Shown here: positions 57,605-64,000 of the stretch, one piece after another
Numbering within the stretch: position 1 is the stretch's first letter
Layout: each line of letters starts with the position of its first letter
Assembly: GCA_947453625.1 (NCBI GenBank)
Contig: CANGHK010000022.1
Location: 4,121-68,120 of the forward strand
Source of the DNA: Burkholderiales bacterium
GTDB lineage: Bacteria; Pseudomonadota; Gammaproteobacteria; Burkholderiales; Burkholderiaceae_C
Length of the DNA stretch: 64,000 bases
Direction: 5' to 3'
Position numbers and translations under genes: made by a program
Notes under the pieces: generated by a model
Told to the model about the DNA's origin: nothing
Databases searched by the model: none
The model's input: only the letters and a program-made list of their open reading frames with translations

Positions 57605-58522
57605 TCATCCCGCGTAGCGGGCCGGGGTCGGGTTGCGCCGGGGCGGGATCGGGGCGGCGCGCACGCAGTTGCGGCCGGCCGACTTGGCCTCTCGCAGCGC
57701 AGCGCCGGCCTCGGCGATCACCGCGTCCAGCGCGACATGGGCCGCGCCTATGCTGGCCACGCCGACGCTGACGGTGGCTTTCACGCACAGACCTTCCCAG
57801 ACCAGACCCAGGCCGGCCACCCGCTCGCGGATGCGTTCGGCCACGTCCAGCGCACCCAGCAGGTCGGCGTGCGGCAGGTAGACGACCAGCACGCCACCCC
57901 CGAAGCGCGCCAGCAAGTCGTAGGGCCGCAGCGTGGACGAGGCCTGGCGCGTGATCTCGACCAGCATCGTGTCACCGCAAGCCCTGCCATGGTCATCGTT
58001 GAGCCGCTTGAAGTGATCGACGTCGACCATCAGCAGCGCGGCGTCCTCGGCGTGGCGTTGCAGGCGCGACCACTCGCGGTCGGCCGCCGCGACGAAATGC
58101 AGCTGGGTATGGGCACCGGTCAGCGCATCGCGCGCAGGCGCCTGGGCGTCAGCGATGCCTGCGGCGCCAGCGGCCCGGCCCACGGGCTTCAAGGGCCTGA
58201 CCTCCGCCAGCGCAGGCCGCCGGGCCGGACCGGGCGCGACGAGGCGGATCGCCGCCCAGGCGCTCAGCGGCACCAGCACGGTGACCACCAAGGCGCCCAC
58301 CAAAGCACCGAGCCAGGCGCCGCCGGCAGCGAGCCCCCCGGAGAGCAGGCCGGCCAGCGACTGGGCCAGACCATGACCGACCATCGCGCCCAGCACCACC
58401 ACGCTCAGGCCTGTCACCAGGCCAGCGGCCAGCAGGGTCCAGCGCCGCCGGCGCTGCAGCGCCGGCGCAGCGCCGGCGGCCGGCGTGGCTGGCGGCGTCA
58501 ACAGGCTTGGATCGGTCGTCAT
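57605..58522 (-). CDS. Membrane-anchored GGDEF-domain protein with degenerate active site
   Basis: DALTG, MVDVDHFKRLND, RPYDLLARFGGGVL; N-terminal TM helices. Confidence 0.88.
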   Translation of the reverse strand: MTTDPSLLTPPATPAAGAAPALQRRRRWTLLAAGLVTGLSVVVLGAMVGHGLAQSLAGLLSGGLAAGGAWLGALVGALVVTVLVPLSAWAAIRLVAPGPARRPALAEVRPLKPVGRAAGAAGIADAQAPARDALTGAHTQLHFVAAADREWSRLQRHAEDAALLMVDVDHFKRLNDDHGRACGDTMLVEITRQASSTLRPYDLLARFGGGVLVVYLPHADLLGALDVAERIRERVAGLGLVWEGLCVKATVSVGVASIGAAHVALDAVIAEAGAALREAKSAGRNCVRAAPIPPRRNPTPARYAG

Positions 58523-58754
58523 GGCAAGGACAACAAGGTAGATTCGATTCGACCACAACGCCCTGCCGCCGTGACCAGGCGCTGCGTGCGATCCCTCGAG
58601 TGAATGTGCGCTTTGCGACGCGTTTGCAGGTCGGGCCGTCTTGCCAGCCGTCAACGCAGCGACGGCGCGGCTGGGCCAGACTGCTGGCCAGCCCCCACCG
58701 GGCCATGACAGCCCGGCCGGATCTGTGTCGCGACCTCAACTTCCGGAGACCCCC

Positions 58755-60923
58755 ATGACCCAGCCCCGCGTGATCGCATCCCTGGCGGCGGCGGTGGACG
58801 CCGTGCTCGACGCCGTGCCCGGCGACATCGTGCTCGGCATTCCGCTGGCCATAGGCAAGCCCAACCACTTCGTCAACGCGCTGTACCGCCGGATCAAGGC
58901 CAACCCGTCGCGCCGGCTGACCATCGTCACCGCGCTGTCGCTGGAAAAGCCCTTCGGCAAGAGCGACCTGGAACGGCATTTCCTGGAGCCGCTGGTAGCG
59001 CGTGTCTTCGGCGACTACCCCGACCTGGACTATGTCAAGGACGGTCGCGGCAGCGGTCTGCCGCCCAACATTTCAGTGCGCGAGTTCTTCATGAAGACCG
59101 GCGACTACCTCGGCAATGCCGCCGCGCAGCAGAACTACATCTCGACCAACTACACCTTTGTCGCCCGCGACATGCTGCTGCAGGGCATGAACGTGATCGC
59201 CTCGGCGGTGGCCGAGCAGGGTGAGGGCGAGACCTGGCGCCTGTCCTTGTCGAGCAACCCCGACGTGGCCTTCGAGGTGGTGGAGAAATACGCCGCCCAG
59301 GGCCTGCCGCTGCTCAAGGTGGGCGTGGTCAACCGCAAGATGCCGTTCATGCCCAACGGCGCCGAGGTCGCGCCAGGCTTCTTCGACATCGTCGTCACCG
59401 ACCCGGCGGCCACCCACCAGTTGTTCGGCCCGCCCAACGCCAAGGTCAGCACCGCAGACTATGCGATAGGCGTGCATGCCAGCAGCCTGGTGGCCGACGG
59501 CGGCACGCTGCAGATCGGCATAGGCTCGCTCGGCGACGCGATCGCCCAGGCGCTGATCGTGCGCGACCGCCACGGCCCCGAGTACCGCGCCATCCTGGAA
59601 AGCCTGTGCCCGGACGGACTGGGTGACATGGACGGTGGCATCCCCGGAGGCATAGCGATCCAGCGTCAGCTCGGCCGCTTCGACCGCGGCCTCTACGGCT
59701 GCTCGGAGATGTTCGTCAACGGATTCCTCAAACTGATCGAGGCCGGCATCATCCGGCGCGAGGTGTTTGCCGACACCGTACTACAGCAGTTGATCAACAG
59801 CGGCGCGATCGCCAACGAAACCGTGACCCCGCAGACGCTGCGCGCCCTGCTGGCGGCCGGCCGCATCCAAAGCCCGCTGAGCCGGGGCGACCTCGACTTC
59901 CTGACCCGCTTCGGCATCTTCAAGCCCGGCGTGACGCTGGACGGATCATTCCTGACGCTGGACGGCGTGCCGCTGCCCAACGATCTGGCGGGCCAGGCGC
60001 AGTTCGACGCCATCGCCCGGCTGCTGCTCGGTCCGCGGCTGACCGGTGGCATCTTCATGACCGGCGGCTTCTTCCTCGGCCCCAACGATTTCTACGAACG
60101 CCTGCGCTCGATGCCGCCGCAGGACCTGGCCAAGATCGACATGACGCGCATCGACTTCATCAACCAGATCTACGGCAACAAGGTGGGCGACAGCGCGCTG
60201 AAGCGGGCGCAGCGCCACCAGGCCCGATTCATGAACACGACGATGATCGTCACGCTGCTGGGCGCGGCCGCCAGCGACGCGCTCGAATCCGGCGAAGTGG
60301 TCTCGGGCGTGGGCGGGCAGTACAACTTCGTCGCGATGGCGCACGCCATCCCCGACGCCCGCTCGATCCTGATGCTGCGCGCCACCCACGACAACCGGGA
60401 CGGCTTGCGCAGCAGCATCGTCTGGAACCATGGTCAGGTGACGATCCCGCGCCACCTGCGCGATATCGTGGTCACCGAGTACGGCGTGGCCGACCTGCGC
60501 GGCCAGGCCGACGCCGAGGTGGTGCGGCGGCTGATCGCGATCGCCGACTCGCGATTCCAACCGCAGTTGCTGGCCGAGGCCAAGTCCCACGGCAAGCTGC
60601 CCGCCAGCTACGCGCTGCCGGCACGCTACCGCGATAACCTGCCCGGCGCGCTCGACGCCAAACTCCACCCCTGGAGCGAGGCCGCGCTGCTGCCGGCCTT
60701 CCCCTTCGGCACCGACCTGACGGCCGATGAACGGCATATCGTGGTGGCGCTCAAGCGCCTGAAGCGGGCCACCGAGCACCCGGTGGAACTGGTGACGATG
60801 GCCGTCAAGAGCCTGTGGGAAGGCAAGGAGGCGCCCCACGCCTACCTGGAGCGGCTCGGCCTGGACGAGGCCGACAGCTTCAAGTCGATGTTCATCCGGC
60901 GGCTGTTCGCCGGCAATCTGTGA
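58755..60923 (+). CDS. Acetyl-CoA hydrolase/transferase C-terminal domain protein
   Basis: PLAIGKPN, GGTLQIGIGSLGDA, CSEMF, SGVGGQYNFV, TIPRHLRDIVVTEYG. Confidence 0.85.
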   Translation: MTQPRVIASLAAAVDAVLDAVPGDIVLGIPLAIGKPNHFVNALYRRIKANPSRRLTIVTALSLEKPFGKSDLERHFLEPLVARVFGDYPDLDYVKDGRGSGLPPNISVREFFMKTGDYLGNAAAQQNYISTNYTFVARDMLLQGMNVIASAVAEQGEGETWRLSLSSNPDVAFEVVEKYAAQGLPLLKVGVVNRKMPFMPNGAEVAPGFFDIVVTDPAATHQLFGPPNAKVSTADYAIGVHASSLVADGGTLQIGIGSLGDAIAQALIVRDRHGPEYRAILESLCPDGLGDMDGGIPGGIAIQRQLGRFDRGLYGCSEMFVNGFLKLIEAGIIRREVFADTVLQQLINSGAIANETVTPQTLRALLAAGRIQSPLSRGDLDFLTRFGIFKPGVTLDGSFLTLDGVPLPNDLAGQAQFDAIARLLLGPRLTGGIFMTGGFFLGPNDFYERLRSMPPQDLAKIDMTRIDFINQIYGNKVGDSALKRAQRHQARFMNTTMIVTLLGAAASDALESGEVVSGVGGQYNFVAMAHAIPDARSILMLRATHDNRDGLRSSIVWNHGQVTIPRHLRDIVVTEYGVADLRGQADAEVVRRLIAIADSRFQPQLLAEAKSHGKLPASYALPARYRDNLPGALDAKLHPWSEAALLPAFPFGTDLTADERHIVVALKRLKRATEHPVELVTMAVKSLWEGKEAPHAYLERLGLDEADSFKSMFIRRLFAGNL

Positions 60924-61030
60924 GCGCGGCGCATCGCCGCGGAGGTCGCGGCCGATGGCCTGCGTTCACCCGCCCGCAGTGGGCCGCAACAACGAAAGGT
61001 CGGTGCCCGGTCGGCGTCAGTCCCCGCGCA

Positions 61031-64000
61031 TCAGCCGCGCCGCCGACGCACCAGTCCGGCCGACAGGGCCATTCCGGACAGCATCAGGCCATAAGTGGCC
61101 GGCTCAGGCACGGCAGCGGTCACGTCCTGCGTGGCCTGCAGCCACACATCACCTTGAGCCCGATCGTAGACAATGTTGAACGCGCCGGTGGCGAAGCCGC
61201 TCATCGTCAGCCCGGCGAACGACGAGTTCGTCAGCGTGCCGGTCGAGTCGAGCACCAGGATCATGTCGCCGACGCTGAAGTGGCAACTGGCGTAGCACGA
61301 CAAGGCCAGCAAGCCGGCCGGGGCGACATTGCCGCTGACCGCCAGCAGATCGTGGCTGGAAAGGCTCTGGAGATCGAGATCCAGGCTGCTCGTCGAGCCC
61401 AGCGCCAGCGTGTGGCCTATCGTCAGTGTTGCCGGCGCACCGCCAGCGGCCCCCGGCGCCAGATGGCCATTGTTGCTCAGCGTGCCGGATAGCGCGAACT
61501 GGCCGGTGCCGGTCAGCGTTCCGACATTGACGAAGTTGGACGGCAGCGCGATCGTACCGCTGAGCACCGACACCGTGCCGCTGTTGGTGAAATCGATGCC
61601 CGAGACCGAACTGGTGCCGCTGCCCCCCGCGGTCTTGACCAGCAGACCCTGATTGTCGAAGTGGCCTCCGTAGCCACCGTCGAGCAGGCCGACGTCGGCT
61701 TGCAGCTTGTAGACCCCCTGGTTGACGACTGCCGCGCCGTTGTAGAAAGAGAGGTCGCTGGTGGCAACGACCACGCCCTGGTTGGTCAGCACCGTGCCGG
61801 GATTGGTCAGCGCCTTGGTGTTGCCGGCCCGCAGGTTCAAGGTCGCGCCGCTGTTGACCTGCCAGTGGCCCACCAAGTTGCCGCCGATCCAGTTGACAGG
61901 ACCGTTGAGCAAGGCCCCGGTAGTCCCGCCGCTGTTATGCACGCCGCCAGTCAGGCTCAGGTTTCCGGTGACGTTCTGGGTGCCGGTCCAGGTGGCGCTG
62001 GACGCCACCTCCACCTGGCCCGCGCCGCTGAAGATGCTGCCGTCGCCGAAGTTGAGCTCACCGCCCTGGAACAGGATGGTCCCGGTCTGGGCCTCGATCG
62101 TGCCGGTGTTGTTGAAGCTGAGGCCAGCGATCCTGCTGTTGGCGTTGCCGGCGGTCTTGCGCAAGGTCGCGTTGTTGGTGAACTGGCCGCTGTAGCCGCC
62201 GTCGCGCAGGCCGATGTCGCCCTGCAGGCTGTAAAGACCTTGATTGGCCACCGCAGCGCCGTTGTAGAAGAACAGATCGTCGGTGGCGGCGACCGTGCCC
62301 TGGATGGTCAGCACCGTGCCGGAGTTGACGACGGTCTTGGTGGTGCCGGCTTGCAGGTTCAAAGTCTTGCCGCTGTCGACCTGCCAGCCACCCACCAGAT
62401 TGCCGTCGCTCCAGTTGACAGGGCCGTTGAGCTGGACGTTGCTCCCGGTCTGGATGCCTCCGGCCAGCGTCAAGGTGGTCGAGACGTTCTGGATGCCGGC
62501 CCAGTTGGCGCTGGCGGTGACCCGCACCTGCCCGTTGCCGCTGTAGTTGCTGCCGTTGTTGAAGTTGAGTGTCCCGCCCTGGAACAGCAGAGTGCCGGTC
62601 TGCACGTCGATCGCGCCGCTGTTGTTGAAGGTGATGCCGTCGATCGCGCTGCTGCCGGTGCCGGCTGTCTTGCGCAAGACAGCGCCGTCAGGGTTGTTGA
62701 AGGTGCCGCCGTAGGCCACGTCATGCAGGCCGACATCGCCTTGCAGCGCGTACAGGCCCTGGTTGGTCAGCACGCCGCCGTTGTAGAAAAACAGGTCATC
62801 GATGGCAGCGATCGTTCCGAGATTGGTCAACACGGTCCCGGCGTTGTAGATCACCTTCTGGCTGCCGCCCTGCAGGTTCAAGGTCTTGCCATTGTTGACC
62901 TGCCAGCTGCCGGTCAGATTGCCGCCGCTCCAATTGACGTTACCGTTGAGCAGTACCGCGCTGCCGCTCTGGGTGCCGCCGGTCAGGCTCAGGCTACCCT
63001 GGATGTTCTGGGTCCCGGCCCAGGCAGCGCTCGACCCCACCACGACCTGGCCGGCAGCGCTGAAGGTGCCGCCGCCGTTGAAGTTGAAGGTGCCACCCTG
63101 GAACAGGATGGTGCCGGTCTGCGCATCGATCGTGCCGCTGTTGTTGAAGGTGATGCCGTCGATCGCGCTGTTGCCGCTGCCGGCAGTCTTGCTGAACACA
63201 CCGCTGGCCTGGTTGTTGAAACTGCCGCCGAAGGCCGCGTTGTGCAGACCGACGTCGCCTTGCAGCTTGTACAGCCCCTGGTTGGTCAGCACGGCGTTGT
63301 TGTAGAAGGACAAATCGTCACCGGCGTTGACCGTGCCCTGGTTCAGCAGCAGGGTGCCGGCGTCGTGGACGATCTTGCTGCCGCCGGTCTGCAGGTTCAG
63401 GGTCTGGCCGGCGTTGACCTGCCAACCGCCCTTCAGGTTGCCTTTGGTCCAGTTGACGACCCCGGTGACCTGCGCGCCGCTGCCGGTCTGGGTGCCGCCG
63501 GCCAGGGTCAGCTGACCGGTGACGTTCTGCGAGCCGGACCAGGACGCATCGGCTGTCACCACCGTCTGCCCGGCGCCACTGAAGCTGCTGCCACCGGCGA
63601 AGCTGAGCGAGCCGCCCTGGAAGAGCAGCCGGCCGGTCTGCACGTCGATGTTGCCGCTGTTGCTGAAGCTGATGCCGTCGACCGTGCTGTCGAGCGTGCC
63701 GGCACTCTTGCGCAGCGTACCGCTGTTGCTGAAACTGCCGCCGTAGGCCCCGTTGTGGATGCCGAAATCGCCCTGCAAGTCGTAGACGGCCTGGTTGTCG
63801 ACCGCCGCGCCGTTGTAGAAGTAGAACTGGTCGGTGGCGGCGATCATGCCCAGGTTCGTGAGCTTGGTGCCGGCATTGGCGACCTGTTTGGTGCTGCCAC
63901 CCTGCACCTTGAGGGTCTGGCCGCTGTTGACCCGCCAGTCACCCGCCAGATTGCCGTCGGTCCAGTTGACGATGCCGTTGAGCTTGACCGCGCTGCCGGT
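61031..64000 (-). CDS. Large repetitive PEP-CTERM surface protein, N-terminus beyond the window
   Basis: Frame is open to base 64000; ~171-174-aa Gly/Asn/Thr-rich repeats; C-terminal VPEPATYGLMLSGMALSAGLVRRRRG. Confidence 0.92.
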   Translation of the reverse strand, partial: TGSAVKLNGIVNWTDGNLAGDWRVNSGQTLKVQGGSTKQVANAGTKLTNLGMIAATDQFYFYNGAAVDNQAVYDLQGDFGIHNGAYGGSFSNSGTLRKSAGTLDSTVDGISFSNSGNIDVQTGRLLFQGGSLSFAGGSSFSGAGQTVVTADASWSGSQNVTGQLTLAGGTQTGSGAQVTGVVNWTKGNLKGGWQVNAGQTLNLQTGGSKIVHDAGTLLLNQGTVNAGDDLSFYNNAVLTNQGLYKLQGDVGLHNAAFGGSFNNQASGVFSKTAGSGNSAIDGITFNNSGTIDAQTGTILFQGGTFNFNGGGTFSAAGQVVVGSSAAWAGTQNIQGSLSLTGGTQSGSAVLLNGNVNWSGGNLTGSWQVNNGKTLNLQGGSQKVIYNAGTVLTNLGTIAAIDDLFFYNGGVLTNQGLYALQGDVGLHDVAYGGTFNNPDGAVLRKTAGTGSSAIDGITFNNSGAIDVQTGTLLFQGGTLNFNNGSNYSGNGQVRVTASANWAGIQNVSTTLTLAGGIQTGSNVQLNGPVNWSDGNLVGGWQVDSGKTLNLQAGTTKTVVNSGTVLTIQGTVAATDDLFFYNGAAVANQGLYSLQGDIGLRDGGYSGQFTNNATLRKTAGNANSRIAGLSFNNTGTIEAQTGTILFQGGELNFGDGSIFSGAGQVEVASSATWTGTQNVTGNLSLTGGVHNSGGTTGALLNGPVNWIGGNLVGHWQVNSGATLNLRAGNTKALTNPGTVLTNQGVVVATSDLSFYNGAAVVNQGVYKLQADVGLLDGGYGGHFDNQGLLVKTAGGSGTSSVSGIDFTNSGTVSVLSGTIALPSNFVNVGTLTGTGQFALSGTLSNNGHLAPGAAGGAPATLTIGHTLALGSTSSLDLDLQSLSSHDLLAVSGNVAPAGLLALSCYASCHFSVGDMILVLDSTGTLTNSSFAGLTMSGFATGAFNIVYDRAQGDVWLQATQDVTAAVPEPATYGLMLSGMALSAGLVRRRRG

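Noticed and set aside
58590..58640. c-di-GMP-I riboswitch upstream of the GGDEF gene (minus strand GCAAAC...CGCAAAGC)
   Set aside because: Only about 4 nt separate the two conserved words, so the P2 stem with its GNRA loop is missing.

Overview
High-GC betaproteobacterial (Burkholderiales-like, possibly Rubrivivax/Ideonella-type) chromosomal window. (1) 1-15.1 kb: a MalT-type LuxR regulator, a BciB-like 8-vinyl reductase, a PIN/RHH toxin-antitoxin pair and an acyl-CoA catabolic cluster. (2) 15.1-23.7 kb: yffB preceded by a (GGTT)14 microsatellite, a lipoprotein, a deleted alkyl-sulfatase pseudogene, and a four-gene signalling block with AT-rich spacers next to the 3' end of tRNA-Asp. (3) 23.9-46.5 kb: core genes (usp, ZIP, ppx, sixA, ppk1 with a Pho-box-like site, polA, thrB, valS, galU, tusA-like, cysM, tRNA-Leu, rhomboid and others). 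(4) 46.5-53.7 kb: a second, TetR-linked acyl-CoA catabolic cluster. (5) 53.7-64 kb: an FtsX-type permease plus AttH-like protein, a degenerate GGDEF protein, an acetyl-CoA hydrolase/transferase-like protein, and a large repeat-built PEP-CTERM protein that runs off the window end. I see no integrase, transposase or CRISPR array. Best candidates for novelty: a dispersed repeat with pseudoknot-type pairing, one copy of which appears to be translated; the signalling block with a pseudo-receiver/pseudo-HPt protein; and the microsatellite abutting a start codon. All product calls come from motif recognition by eye, not from database searches.
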